From: Nostoc sp.
Lineage (GTDB): Bacteria; Cyanobacteriota; Cyanobacteriia; Cyanobacteriales; Nostocaceae
Assembly (NCBI GenBank): GCA_036918135.1
Contig: JBALDB010000056.1
Location: 96,001-160,000 of the forward strand
Direction of reading: 5' to 3'
DNA length: 64,000 bases
Under the pieces are notes generated by a model, which did no database searches, was not told the origin of the DNA, and saw only the letters and a program-made list of their open reading frames with translations. Shown here piece by piece: positions 17,620 to 31,536 of this stretch. The position numbers and the translations under genes were made by a program. Position 1 is the stretch's first letter. The number at the start of each line of letters is the position of its first letter.

Positions 17620-18798
17620 TCAGCGTCTTTGCCTATTTGACAACAAAGGTTTTCGCAACGGTACTACCTCGGCTTCACTACTTTCGCGTGCTACCCGAAT
17701 CAGCAATCCAGCAGCTATCAAACTGGCAATCATAGAATTACCACCATAGCTAAACATCGGCAAGGGTAAGCCAGTAGTTGGTAAAGAACCTGTAGCAACA
17801 CCAATGTGCAGCAATGATTGTCCTACCATTAAAACCGTTACACCTATCGCTACCAGTCGATGCACTGAATTTTTTGCCTTTAGCGCTACGACTAATCCCA
17901 AAGTCGCAAATATTGCTAAAAGTGCCAACAGCACCATACTGCCAACAAAACCAAATTCTTCGGCGAACACGGCAAAAATAAAATCTGTGTCCTGAATTGG
18001 TAAATAAAATAGCTTTTGTTGGGAAAGTCCAAATCCGGCTCCCCAAGTTCTACCAGAACCTACAGCCAATAAACTTTGCACCAATTGGTAACCGTCTCCT
18101 GTCGCATCCGCCCAAGGATTCAAGAATGACATCACCCGCTTGCGCTGATACTCTTTGATGCTAATACTGAGTACTGCTAACATTACTCCACCAATTGCTG
18201 TCCCTCCCAAGTACTTATAAGGTAACCCAGCTGCTAGGGCAATTAGCCAAATAGTCATCCCGCAAAGTGCTGTTGTACTTAAGTTAGGCTGGGCAAGAAT
18301 TCCTAAAAGAACCAAACCGAAAATAACCAGCCAAGCGCAGCGAACCCGCCAACTAATTCGTTCCCATTGACCAAAAAGCCGCGCACTTTGCAGCACTAGA
18401 AATGGTTTAATCAATTCTGAGGGTTGAATGGGAATTGGCCCGATCGCTATCCAACGCGCTGCATCAAAAGCCTTTTTTCCCAATCCTGGGATCAGCGTCA
18501 CGAAAATTAATGTCAAAAACACCATCAAAAACCAATGGGATTGTCCCAAAATTTTCTGCAATGGCGAGTTAACAATAATATTGAATCCGACTAAGGCAAC
18601 TAAAACCCAAAGCAGTTGCCGCTTAAAGTAGTACAATCCATCACTATGACGGGCATCAGCAACGGGATAGGATGCTGAAAATAGCATAATCAAGCCGACG
18701 AACAGCCAAACGAATGTTAACCAGCGCAATAACCGCGCTTCTAATGCCCAGTTAGAGACAGAATTATCAAAAAATGGAATCAGACGGCGTAGATTCAC
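17620..18798 (-). CDS. ftsW: FtsW (SEDS family) cell division protein
   Basis: RWIAIGPIPIQPSE, QPNLST, GYQLVQS, TDFIFAV, LPMFSYGGNS. Confidence 0.9.
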   Translation of the reverse strand: MNLRRLIPFFDNSVSNWALEARLLRWLTFVWLFVGLIMLFSASYPVADARHSDGLYYFKRQLLWVLVALVGFNIIVNSPLQKILGQSHWFLMVFLTLIFVTLIPGLGKKAFDAARWIAIGPIPIQPSELIKPFLVLQSARLFGQWERISWRVRCAWLVIFGLVLLGILAQPNLSTTALCGMTIWLIALAAGLPYKYLGGTAIGGVMLAVLSISIKEYQRKRVMSFLNPWADATGDGYQLVQSLLAVGSGRTWGAGFGLSQQKLFYLPIQDTDFIFAVFAEEFGFVGSMVLLALLAIFATLGLVVALKAKNSVHRLVAIGVTVLMVGQSLLHIGVATGSLPTTGLPLPMFSYGGNSMIASLIAAGLLIRVARESSEAEVVPLRKPLLSNRQRR

Positions 18799-19169
18799 GA
18801 GCGGTATAGGTGAAAAGTTAGGAATTGAAAGTTAGGAATAAAACTCATAAATCATAACTCATAACACACTAATGTGATGCACCGTTTTCACAATACATTA
18901 GTGTAAGTTGTTACAGATACTCAAGGTTTAGTAATCAGTAACTTTTGCAAATTATTTTTGTCTAGCGATGCCCAATCTTTGTGAAGCAAATGCTACCAAG
19001 GCTACACTTACAGAAGATATTCATATTTAATCACAAACCATCAAGGACGACGATAACGATAATTTTCACTTTCTCCTGCAAGGATTGTTATATAAACTTA
19101 TACTAATCTCAAAAATAATAGTAGATTTATAATTGATAAAGTACACAAACCATATTTAGTAGCTAGGCG

Positions 19170-20633
19170 TCAAGCCTGTATTGCTTTTGACTTATGACTT
19201 GTGAATTCTGCTCTTACAGCTGGGTTTTTCATTGATAGCGGAATTTCAATCCAAAATTCAGTTCCTTGTCCTGGTTCTGATACGCATCTGAGTGTTCCCC
19301 CGTGTTTTTCGACAATAATTTGATAGCTAATTGATAAACCTAATCCTGTACCCTTACCGACAGGCTTAGTTGTGAAAAATGGAGCGAACAGTCGTTCTTT
19401 AACAGCTTCTGTCATTCCTGAACCATTATCAGCGATCCGAATTACAACAGACTTGCTTTCTATAGCTTGTGTAGTAATTGTAATGATATTAAGCTGAGGA
19501 TGAATTTCTGCGCTTTGTGGTTTACTTTTATAGTTATCAAAAGCATCGACTGCATTACTAATAATATTCATGAATACCTGATTTAGTTGACCAGGATAGC
19601 AATCTATCAAAGGCAAATTTCCATAATTTTTAACTACTTTGATACCAGGACCATCGACACTACTCTTGAAACGATTTTGTAAAATTAGCAAAGTATTGTC
19701 CAGTCCTTGGTGAATATCAACACTTTTTTTCTCAGCTTCATCAACTCGAGAGAAGTTCTTCAGGGACAATACAATTTCCGAGATTCGTTCGGCTCCTACT
19801 TCCATCGAATTGAGGATTTTAGGCAAATCATCTAGTAAAAAATCTAAATCAATTTCCTCAACGTATTTTTGAATTTCTGGCATTGAATTGGCAGAAAATT
19901 GCTCATAAAGTTGCACCAGTTTGAGTAAAGATTCTATATAATCTCTTGCGTATTTTAAATTTCCATAAATAAAATTAACAGGATTATTAATTTCGTGAGC
20001 AACTCCCGCAACTAACTGTCCCAAACTAGACATTTTCTCAGCTTGAATTAATTGAGCTTGAGTTTGCTGGAGTTCTTTGAGAGAGTTTTCCAATTTTTTA
20101 GCTTGAGCCTCAGCAATTTGCGCTAGATTTTCCTTGATTTGTAGCGCACCGCGTAATTGCACTCTTTGTTGTTTCAGTTCACTTGTTAACTTTTTAGCAT
20201 CAGCTAAAGCGGTATTTTGAGCTTGCAATAAAAACAGAAAATCAGCAATTGGGTCATGAATTGCAAAATCTTTGAGCTTGATACCCAAAGGAGCAAGATT
20301 AGTTGTATCTGTAATCCAAGGAGAACCTAAGAAAAATATCACCTCCTGCTCTGGGTGATACATCATCTGACCCTTGAGCTGCATTCCATTGTGGAGAAAC
20401 TCTAAGATGAACAAAGCACGAGACTGTTTACTAATAGCATCAAAATCGACTAAAATTTTTGGTCGATTGATTTGGAAATGCTGCTCAATCAATTTACCAA
20501 CTATTGGTTCGGAACTAATACGTTCTAAGACATCACCAGCTTGTACAATTTGGCGATCGCGGTTAAATGCGAAATGGAAAGGAAAAGCTTTCGCCAGTAA
20601 CTCTGGTGAAAGCGTAAGGTAAGGAGGAGCCAT
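19170..20633 (-). CDS. H-NOX-associated (HNOBA/PAS) sensor histidine kinase
   Basis: N-terminal AFPFHFAF...LKGQM...DFAIHD (HNOBA); AHEINNP H-box, NQVFMN, DNGSG, GTGLGL. Confidence 0.9.
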   Translation of the reverse strand: MAPPYLTLSPELLAKAFPFHFAFNRDRQIVQAGDVLERISSEPIVGKLIEQHFQINRPKILVDFDAISKQSRALFILEFLHNGMQLKGQMMYHPEQEVIFFLGSPWITDTTNLAPLGIKLKDFAIHDPIADFLFLLQAQNTALADAKKLTSELKQQRVQLRGALQIKENLAQIAEAQAKKLENSLKELQQTQAQLIQAEKMSSLGQLVAGVAHEINNPVNFIYGNLKYARDYIESLLKLVQLYEQFSANSMPEIQKYVEEIDLDFLLDDLPKILNSMEVGAERISEIVLSLKNFSRVDEAEKKSVDIHQGLDNTLLILQNRFKSSVDGPGIKVVKNYGNLPLIDCYPGQLNQVFMNIISNAVDAFDNYKSKPQSAEIHPQLNIITITTQAIESKSVVIRIADNGSGMTEAVKERLFAPFFTTKPVGKGTGLGLSISYQIIVEKHGGTLRCVSEPGQGTEFWIEIPLSMKNPAVRAEFTSHKSKAIQA

Positions 20634-20651
20634 GCTGCTGCTGTCCTACGG

Positions 20652-21203
20652 TCAATTTGGTTTATAAATCACTAAAAATTTATCATGTTCGCTACCTTCA
20701 TCTCGACTTTGGGTTTGGGTAATACGAACTTGTGTATCAAATCTAGTTCCCAACCCCTTAACTAGACCAAAAATCATTGGCGTCAGCCCTTCTCTATTAG
20801 AACGATAGTGTAAGTTGAGAGAGTTTTCTTCCATATCAGTACACTCAAATGATGGGGGCTGAAGTTTGGGAAAGCTAACTCCTACACGAGCATGAAGATT
20901 GTCGAGATTTTCTAAAAACTCAGGTAGCGTATCTCCACTCATATCCATCATTCCGCCATAGCCTTCTTGGGCTGTGTACTGAACCCAGAATTCCCCAAAA
21001 GCTTGCATAATTTCTGTGGGAGATAAACCCAAAACGCCACTAGCAGCTTTTATTAACCTGTGGGTGATGTCATCAGGATAGCCTTCCATACTGATGAAAA
21101 CATCTACATCCACCTCTGCTTTATGTTTAATTACTTTCCAAGTTTCTTTACCAAAGCGATTGCACACCATGTCTTGAATCGCCTTGTTCACTAATCCATA
21201 CAT
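20652..21203 (-). CDS. H-NOX heme NO-binding protein
   Basis: MYGLVN start, proximal His in LDNLH, YRSNR (YxSxR) motif. Confidence 0.95.
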   Translation of the reverse strand: MYGLVNKAIQDMVCNRFGKETWKVIKHKAEVDVDVFISMEGYPDDITHRLIKAASGVLGLSPTEIMQAFGEFWVQYTAQEGYGGMMDMSGDTLPEFLENLDNLHARVGVSFPKLQPPSFECTDMEENSLNLHYRSNREGLTPMIFGLVKGLGTRFDTQVRITQTQSRDEGSEHDKFLVIYKPN

Positions 21204-21958
21204 GGAAGTCTCCTCTTACTGCACCTAATTTTGCTTCGTGAATTTGACTGAGACTCAATAAATAATTCTCTAAAATGACAAAATTTCTTTTACTCAAACT
21301 TGGAAATGTCTGATTACAGTTTTAAAAACCTAAGAAATCGGGAAAACTGTTCGCATTTTAATACTATACTCCAATATACTCACAACCGTATTTCCACCCT
21401 TTCCTTTAATCTATATTTATGCACTTACAAAAAGCGATGAATTAGGAGACAAGCTATATTTAGAGATTTGACATTGAATTCCGTTAAAAAATTGAACGTG
21501 GGTATCCATAGCTTCTCTAATACCCAGTTTGATTTTGGTATCGTATTCAATCATTGCAATTTGAGGTTCAATCACTGCTGCTTGCTTCACTGCATGACTA
21601 TCATCAACATTAATATGGACTTCAAGAAGGTCTGAGAATTTCAGTAGATTTTCGCTTCCGCAGGAAATGAAGCTTATCGGGCAATGATATCACTCAGTAT
21701 TGCTGGTGTTGAAGAAGATATGAGCGTGCCTTATGAAGACTAGCTGAAGATTAGCAACCAAACGCTGATTGTATTTGATGAAACTGTTGAACAGACTAAA
21801 AATAGGCAAAATGTTGGCGCTTTAGTCCCACTTTATACTTACGGATATCGCCTAGTAAAGATGTTTAACTTTTAGTTTTATAAAAATACGAACAATAAAA
21901 AAGAGGTCAAAAAAGACCTCTTACCAATTCCCTAAAAAAAATGTTCTGTCTACAGCTA

Positions 21959-22165
21959 TTACGCCAAACCAGCATTAGCACCTTGCTTCCCAGTTGCCAA
22001 TTCCACTTTGATGATTTTACCGCCTGCTTTCTGAATGCGTTGCTGTTCGCGGAACCAGTTCTCATAAGGAACTAGCTTAGTGAAGTAAGTATTTTGTAGT
22101 TCGCGTTGGGTACGAATTCGGGTTTGGCTAGGAACTAGAGCAGTAATTTTAAACAAACGGGCCAT
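21959..22165 (-). CDS. apcC: Phycobilisome small core linker
   Basis: MARLFKITALVPSQTRIRTQRELQNTYFTKLVPYENWFREQQRIQK; true start ATG at 22165. Confidence 0.95.
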   Translation of the reverse strand: MARLFKITALVPSQTRIRTQRELQNTYFTKLVPYENWFREQQRIQKAGGKIIKVELATGKQGANAGLA

Positions 22166-22391
22166 GTTTTGAAAATCTCCTGTATTGTTTGTGAAAACTT
22201 TTTTATTTCTAAATCTTGAGTGCAAATCTTTAAATTAATCATTCAAAGGCTGGAAATCAAACATCAATACTAGACCACCAACACTCATCACTGACAATTT
22301 ATCAAGATAAGCAATATAACGTTCTAGCACTCACGATTGATTTCCAGACCTTAATAAAACCGCACCTAAATTCTTAAGCGCAAACTAGCTC

Positions 22392-22880
22392 TTAGCTTAA
22401 GCCAGAGGAGATATAGTCTAAGTAAACGCCCATTTCCTTACCGGCGTCAGAACCTACCAAGCTGGCGGTTACTTCTTTAATAGATTGGATAGCTTGTACG
22501 GTAGCACCAACGGGAACACCCAAGGAGTTATAGGTTTCCTTCAAGCCATTGAGTACACGCTCATCCAAAATGGAAGGATCGCCAGCCAACATAGCATAGG
22601 TGGCATAGCGGAGGTAGTAATCTAAATCACGAATACAAGCAGCATAGCGACGGGTGGTATACATGTTGCCGCCGGGACGAGTGATGTCAGAGTACAGCAA
22701 AGATTTTGCTACAGCTTCTTTGACAATCGTAGCAGCGTTGGCGCTGATGGTGCTAGCAGCACGTACCCGCAGTTCGCCAGTGGAGAAATAGCTTTTTAGC
22801 TTGTCTAAAGCAGTGCTATCGAGGTATTTACCTTGAACGTCTGCGGAGTTAATGACAGCGGTAATTGCGTCTTGAGCCAT
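22392..22880 (-). CDS. apcB: Allophycocyanin beta subunit
   Basis: [11 protein letters not shown]...[16 protein letters not shown]. Confidence 0.97.
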   Translation of the reverse strand: MAQDAITAVINSADVQGKYLDSTALDKLKSYFSTGELRVRAASTISANAATIVKEAVAKSLLYSDITRPGGNMYTTRRYAACIRDLDYYLRYATYAMLAGDPSILDERVLNGLKETYNSLGVPVGATVQAIQSIKEVTASLVGSDAGKEMGVYLDYISSGLS

Positions 22881-22942
22881 GTTGTTAATTCCTTATTTCC
22901 AACTGTATTGCAATACTTCTACTTGATGCTCAGTAAACAGCT

Positions 22943-23431
22943 TTACCCTAGTAAAGCACCAACTAGATAGTCGAAGTAGCTACCAGCTTCAGCAGCATCA
23001 TCACCAGACAGCAGGCTAGCAGCACCAGCCTTCACTCCCCGGATACCTTCAGCAACAGCATCGATAGGAGTTCCCAAGGACTTATAAAGTTCACGGGCAC
23101 CGATAACACCAATTTCTTCGATGGGGGTAACATCACCAGCAACGATACCGTAGGTAACGAGGCGGAGGTAGTAATCTAGGTCACGCAGACAAGTAGCAGT
23201 CAATTCTTGACCGTAAGCGTTACCACCAGGAGAGACAACATCAGGACGCTTTTGGAACAGTTGATCGCCAGCTTGTTTAATTAACCGTTCGCGATTCTCT
23301 GTCAAAACCTGAGCAATCCGCAGACGGCGCTCACCAGCGGCTACAAAGGATTTGATCCGATCCAATTCACCAGGGCTGAGGTAGCGGGCTTCTGCGTCAG
23401 CATTCACGATCGCTTTCGTGACGATACTCAT
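22943..23431 (-). CDS. apcA: Allophycocyanin alpha subunit
   Basis: [27 protein letters not shown]...[11 protein letters not shown]. Confidence 0.97.
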   Translation of the reverse strand: MSIVTKAIVNADAEARYLSPGELDRIKSFVAAGERRLRIAQVLTENRERLIKQAGDQLFQKRPDVVSPGGNAYGQELTATCLRDLDYYLRLVTYGIVAGDVTPIEEIGVIGARELYKSLGTPIDAVAEGIRGVKAGAASLLSGDDAAEAGSYFDYLVGALLG

Positions 23432-23797
23432 TTATGGATTCCTCCAATACGAATGAAACCAGGATTTAATTAAACTGGTGCGACTTTCAATTTGGTACTT
23501 GAGTTTGTTTTCTCATCCTTTTAGACACAACAGTTTAATAACTGCTAGGGCTAAAAAATTACGAATCTGCTTGAGTCAACATAAGTACACAAGCTTTTCA
23601 ACTCAGTTACCTTCCGCAAAACATTTTCCGGCATTCTGTTGAGCATTTATGACTGTTCTTAACACTTTGTAATATTGTTTTTCAGATTTGCTGTTTTTGC
23701 TGCAATCTGAGAGGAGTATTACGAAAGGTTACGAAGGGTTATAGGGACTGGGGATTCAGTATTAGGTTTTAATTCATACTTCCCAGTCCCTATTGCC

Positions 23798-26695
<2,898 letters not shown>

Positions 26696-26939
26696 TTAAG
26701 TCTGGGTCGCTTTGAGGCTTGACACATCGGTGTGTCTATGCTTATGAGCTTAAGAGTACTGCCTGCAAAACTGCCAGTAAATTAACCCAGTTAGCTTTTA
26801 GATTAAAACGTTTTGCGTTATTAAGGCGGGTTTATTAAGAAGTGTGTAGAAGATGTAGCTTTAATGCATCAAATTTCAAATAGATACTCTTGTTTGTCTG
26901 AGACAAAACTAAGTTTTGTAACTAAGTAGGTAGTCAATT

Positions 26940-27082
26940 GTCATTTGTCCTCTCTTACAAAGTTCTGATGCCTGCAGGAAGCCGCAAAGCGTCTACGGAG
27001 GAAACCTCCGCACCCTGCGGGAAGCTGCAGAAGCGTCTACAGACTTTGCGCTTCCTTCGTCCTTTGGCTAATGACAAATCAC
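26940..27082. repeat. Cluster of nested small dispersed repeats
   Basis: cctgc(a/g)ggaagc.gca.a.gcgtctac occurs twice around a cggaggaaacctccg hairpin, flanked by gtcatt/aatgac heptamer-type ends. Confidence 0.55.
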
Positions 27083-27232
27083 CAACGCTTGTGTAGACAG
27101 TGAATGTTAGTCAGTGCTAAGTTGTTTTTGCTACTAATACCTGAAGATAACAGATAACGCGACTCTGGAAATCAGGTTTAAATTCAGGGTAATTAGGCTA
27201 TACCTAGCAGCATTCTCTACCCGTAAAATACT

Positions 27233-27763
27233 ATGCATAAAAGTTTTAAATTTAACTATTTATTCAATGTTACGGCGTCTGCCATAGCAGTTATATTGGC
27301 TGTCACTCCTGCAAATGCACTTCCAGGGGAAAACATTAGCACCGTTGTTAAGTGGGCAAAAACGAGACCTCAACTACCCACCCTGAGATACAACAGCGAA
27401 GCCCACGGCTATGGCGGTACAAAGGGAAAACTGTATTTTTATGCCGATGTCACTTCTGAAAATGGGACAGTAACAAAAGAAGGAATCACTGTTAGTGGTA
27501 GCGATCGCCTCAAATTCACCACAAAAAATGCGAATGCAGTAAAATTGTTACAAAATATTTATAATTCTCAGATTGCCAATGACTTCCAGAAGTCTGGCTA
27601 TGTTACCAAAATTGGTCGTGACTTATTTTATCGCGGACAAAAGTTTGCTTACATCACTGCCGAGGTGCAAGGCGGGTCATCATTTCAGATAATTCCTTTG
27701 AGAAATTTGCAAGAATTTATCAATAATGCAAAATATTGTCAAACCAATCAATGCGACCTTTGA
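27233..27763 (+). CDS. Hypothetical secreted protein
   Basis: Signal peptide-like ASAIAVILAVTPANA; 176-aa ORF. Confidence 0.7.
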   Translation: MHKSFKFNYLFNVTASAIAVILAVTPANALPGENISTVVKWAKTRPQLPTLRYNSEAHGYGGTKGKLYFYADVTSENGTVTKEGITVSGSDRLKFTTKNANAVKLLQNIYNSQIANDFQKSGYVTKIGRDLFYRGQKFAYITAEVQGGSSFQIIPLRNLQEFINNAKYCQTNQCDL

Positions 27764-28498
27764 TTAATTCTCCAGTCTGGAATTTAGATAAGCATTATCA
27801 ATCAATAAAGGTACGCAATCACTAACATTAAAAGCAGCCGCCAGTTCAACATCTGGTTCAAAACCTTTTTCTATCAACTCTTTACCAGAACTGCATTTTT
27901 TCAAGTATCCTACTAAATCCTGCTGGAAAGCTTGAAATGCTGCTACGGCTGCTTCGGCTTCTGGGGATAAATTACCACGTAAATAGCTAAGAATTGCCCC
28001 AGCACCAATTAAATCTTCAAATGCAGGACGGAGACTATTATCATCTTTCCATCTCTCACCAGCAGAAATCACAGCGATTTTATTGCCATACTTTTGGGCA
28101 AACTCGGCTACAGCTTGGCAATTCCGCAAACAACCAGCTAAAGTTGGCGTCTCTTCAGTATGTAAAGTCAGAAAAGAACCATTAGGTGAAGGCAAAACTA
28201 GTCTAGTTCCCGCTGGAATCTGTTCTAGTGACTTTGGAGAAAGAGAATATCCGCTTGTTGTCCAACGTTGTCTATGACTTGCCAACTCTGCTTGTAGTGA
28301 CTTGGCATAATCTATAACTGATTCATCTCTATATGCGTAGGGAAAAATAATCGCGCCGTTATTCGTGGCAATTTCTACACAAGTAGAAAAAGAAAGAATA
28401 TCAACTATTATTACCGCATCACTAATAGAAGCAAGTTGATAAACTCCTTGTGCGCCCCATTCACAGCGTAAATTAAACTCTGATTGGTCGTAAATCAT
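27764..28498 (-). CDS. 2-phosphosulfolactate phosphatase (ComB family)
   Basis: VIIVDILSFST, SLSP, SPNGS, GCLRN, AGERW, EDLIGAG; likely start ATG at 28498. Confidence 0.85.
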   Translation of the reverse strand: MIYDQSEFNLRCEWGAQGVYQLASISDAVIIVDILSFSTCVEIATNNGAIIFPYAYRDESVIDYAKSLQAELASHRQRWTTSGYSLSPKSLEQIPAGTRLVLPSPNGSFLTLHTEETPTLAGCLRNCQAVAEFAQKYGNKIAVISAGERWKDDNSLRPAFEDLIGAGAILSYLRGNLSPEAEAAVAAFQAFQQDLVGYLKKCSSGKELIEKGFEPDVELAAAFNVSDCVPLLIDNAYLNSRLEN

Positions 28499-28568
28499 AG
28501 GAGCTATCGCAAAAAACAATATTATAAAAATTTAACAATAGATAAGTAAGCTAGTCTAAATAATTAAT

Positions 28569-28950
28569 GTCCGCACTGCTTTAGAAAAAGATGGTTCGAT
28601 GATTACCCACGATCCACTGCATCTGAAAGTTAATGATATTGAATTTTTTGTGGATTTAAAAGCAGAAAGATTATTAGCAGCACAAAAACAAGGTCAATAA
28701 ATAGCCGTAAAAATTAAATTCTTTGTAAATGTATCGGAAGTAATAGAATTTCATCTTGCTTTAGGTCAAACCCTGAATTATCATCGGCTAGCATTGAAAA
28801 AAGAAGAACCGGAATGTATTTTATATCTAGCTCTTAGTTAAGATACATACCAAGACTTTTTCTCACATCAATTTATTCAAAATTCTTTAAAAAATATTAA
28901 ATTAAACTTTTAATATTTAATTACTTTAGTCAGAATATTGTTTTCTGGAA
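28569..28950 (+). pseudogene. xisH: XisH family pseudogene
   Basis: VRTALEKDGSMITHDPL...VDLKAERLLAAQKQGQ*IAVKIK...EFHLALGQTLNYHRLAL...LYLALS*; internal stops and no start codon. Confidence 0.8.
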
Positions 28951-29273
28951 GGAATAAATTACTCTTAAATTATTTAAGATTTTTAAGTAATCATTCTGCT
29001 AATGACTTGGCTAATGGCACAGAGATTCAATTATTATTTGACACAGAACGCCATCATTATCAAGTCTTAAATATTGTCTGGAAAGAACAACGAAGAATTT
29101 ATGGAGTCATTATTCATGTTGATATCAAAGACCAAAAAATTTAGATACAAAGAGATGGTACAGAAATCGGCATCGCTAACGAATTAATCGCTGCTGGAGT
29201 ATCGAAAGAAGATATTATATTAGGATTTCACGCTCCTTACAAACGCGAATTTACTGATTTTGCTGTTGGATAA
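28950..29273 (+). pseudogene. xisI: XisI family pseudogene
   Basis: QLLFDTERHHYQV...IIHVDIKDQKI*IQRDGTEIGIANELIAAGVSKEDIILGFHAPYKREFTDFAVG*; TAG at 29142-29144 sits where the family has Trp. Confidence 0.8.
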
Positions 29274-29355
29274 CTAGTAGAAAATAAGCAAGAGTAATCT
29301 TTGCCCTAATCATCCACCATTCGCTAAACTCAAAACTGCTGCGTTATTCCTCATC

Positions 29356-30546
29356 ATGTCCGATTCCCAAACTGTTAGTACTGCCGTTGCCAAACTCTAC
29401 AATACCTACCCCTTTCCGCCGGAAGCTTTGTTAGACGAACCGCCTCCAGGGTACAATTGGCGCTGGAATTGGCTAGCTGCTTATAACTTCTGCACAGGTC
29501 AAAAACCCCAAAAGCAAGATATCCGCATTTTGGATGCTGGTTGTGGTACTGGAGTAAGTACAGAGTACTTGGTTCACCTCAATCCTCAAGCTTCTGTTGT
29601 GGGAATTGACCTCAGTAGTGGTGCTTTGGATATAGCAAAAGAACGTTGTCAGCGTTCTGGGGCTAACCGGGTTGAGTTTCATCACCTCAGCTTATTTGAT
29701 GCCGAACAATTACCTGGTGAGTTTGATTTAATTAACTGCGTTGGTGTTTTGCACCATACCGCCGACCCAATTGCTGGTATTCAAACCTTGGCAAAAAAGT
29801 TAGCACCAAGCGGCTTGATGCACATTTTTGTCTACGGGGAGTTGGGGCGCTGGGAAATTCAACTCATGCAAAAAGCGATCGCACTTCTCCAAGGTGACAA
29901 AAAAGGTGACTACCGCGATGGTGTTCAAGTCGGACGAAAAATATTTGCTTCTTTGCCAGAAAATAATCGAATTGTCAAGTATGAAAAACAGCGTTGGTCG
30001 TTAGAAAACCACAAGGACGAACACTTTGCTGATATGTACGTTCATCCCCAGGAAATTGACTATAACATTGAGACGCTGTTTGAATTAATTGATGCTTCGG
30101 GATTGGAGTTTATTGGCTTCTCGAATCCGAGTTTTTGGGATTTAGAGAGACTTTTGGCTAAAGCACCAGAGTTGATACAACGGGGTGAAGAATTGAGCGA
30201 TCGCCAACGTTATCGCTTGATAGAATTATTAGATCCAGAAGTCAGTCATTATGAGTTTTTCCTCGGTCGTTCTCCCCTCATTAAAGCCGACTGGTCAGAC
30301 GATAACGCTCTATTGGCAGCAATTCCCGAACTTAATCCTTGTATTGAGGGATTTCCCAGTCAATGTTTTTTTAATTACGATTACCAAATTGTTAACTTGT
30401 CAGTTGCCGAGTTTGAGTTTATGCAAAAATGTGACGCTCATTCAACAGTGGCAGAGATTTTGGCAGGTGTGGAACTGGGATTAGGTGGGGTTAGAAGGCT
30501 TGTCCAACAGCAGTTGATTTTATTAACACCAGTTCAATCACAGTAG
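29356..30546 (+). CDS. Class I SAM-dependent methyltransferase
   Basis: YNTYPFP, ILDAGCGTG, GVLHH motifs; lies upstream of the atp operon. Confidence 0.9.
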   Translation: MSDSQTVSTAVAKLYNTYPFPPEALLDEPPPGYNWRWNWLAAYNFCTGQKPQKQDIRILDAGCGTGVSTEYLVHLNPQASVVGIDLSSGALDIAKERCQRSGANRVEFHHLSLFDAEQLPGEFDLINCVGVLHHTADPIAGIQTLAKKLAPSGLMHIFVYGELGRWEIQLMQKAIALLQGDKKGDYRDGVQVGRKIFASLPENNRIVKYEKQRWSLENHKDEHFADMYVHPQEIDYNIETLFELIDASGLEFIGFSNPSFWDLERLLAKAPELIQRGEELSDRQRYRLIELLDPEVSHYEFFLGRSPLIKADWSDDNALLAAIPELNPCIEGFPSQCFFNYDYQIVNLSVAEFEFMQKCDAHSTVAEILAGVELGLGGVRRLVQQQLILLTPVQSQ

Positions 30547-31035
30547 AATTTATACTTTTGGTGATGGGCGATCGCCCATCACGACTTTTGATAAATTTGA
30601 TGTAGATTAGAAAAGTGTCCCACATCCAAAAAAGTTGCAATTGTTTGCAATTCAGCAATGGTGCAATATCTAACACCAAGACGCTACTCTACAAGTTCTG
30701 CTTTGCAGTCAGCGTCTTTACTCCTCAACACCTATTTAGTTTCAACACCAAGATGCTGATTATACAAAAACTTTGGAGGACAATTACTCGCTAAAAAAAG
30801 GCAAATTTGTATAAATTGAAAGTTGTCTAGGCATTAATTCGTGCATTATTGCCATATTTCGCTATATTGCTTCATTAAACCCTTTATTACTGCAAGAGAG
30901 CGTAATTTTGTTTTAATTTTTCACATTCGCAAGAAGTTAATTGTTTTTTTCTAAAGTATTGTTACCGGATCGTGATATGATTCAGCTGACTGAATGTGCA
31001 GTCATCATCCGTTAGCTGTACTAGTTTCGAGTCCC

Positions 31036-31476
31036 GTGAGCTTGTCAGAAGAACCAATTGCACCGACTCCGACGACACGACAAGATGCTAAAACTGATTC
31101 TGAGAACACAGAATCAGATAACTCTATGGGAGAGTTCTATCAACTCTACCAAAAGTTATTAGTAATCACACTTGTCTTGACGGGGATTATTTTTATCTCT
31201 GTGTGGATTTTTTATTCCTTAAACATTGCTCTCAATTATTTGATTGGAGCGTGTACAGGTGTGGTTTACTTAAAAATGCTGGCTAAAGATGTTGAGCGAC
31301 TTGGTGGTGAGAAAAACCGTCTGAGCAAAACTCGTTTTGCTTTGTTCATTGGATTGATTGTATTGGCAACTCAATGGCATGAGCTAAAGATTGTGCCCAT
31401 ATTTTTGGGATTTCTAACTTACAAAGCGACGCTCCTCGTCTACATGGTGCAAACTGCGTTCATTCCTGATTCTTAA
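31036..31476 (+). CDS. atp1: ATP synthase protein I
   Basis: Four hydrophobic segments, LGFLTYKA; first gene of the atp operon; GTG start at 31036 likely. Confidence 0.85.
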   Translation: MSLSEEPIAPTPTTRQDAKTDSENTESDNSMGEFYQLYQKLLVITLVLTGIIFISVWIFYSLNIALNYLIGACTGVVYLKMLAKDVERLGGEKNRLSKTRFALFIGLIVLATQWHELKIVPIFLGFLTYKATLLVYMVQTAFIPDS

Positions 31477-31536
31477 AAAGTCAGGCTCACAAAGACAATA
31501 CTCCCATCCTCGCTCGTTGGGGAAAATGCTTGAAGA

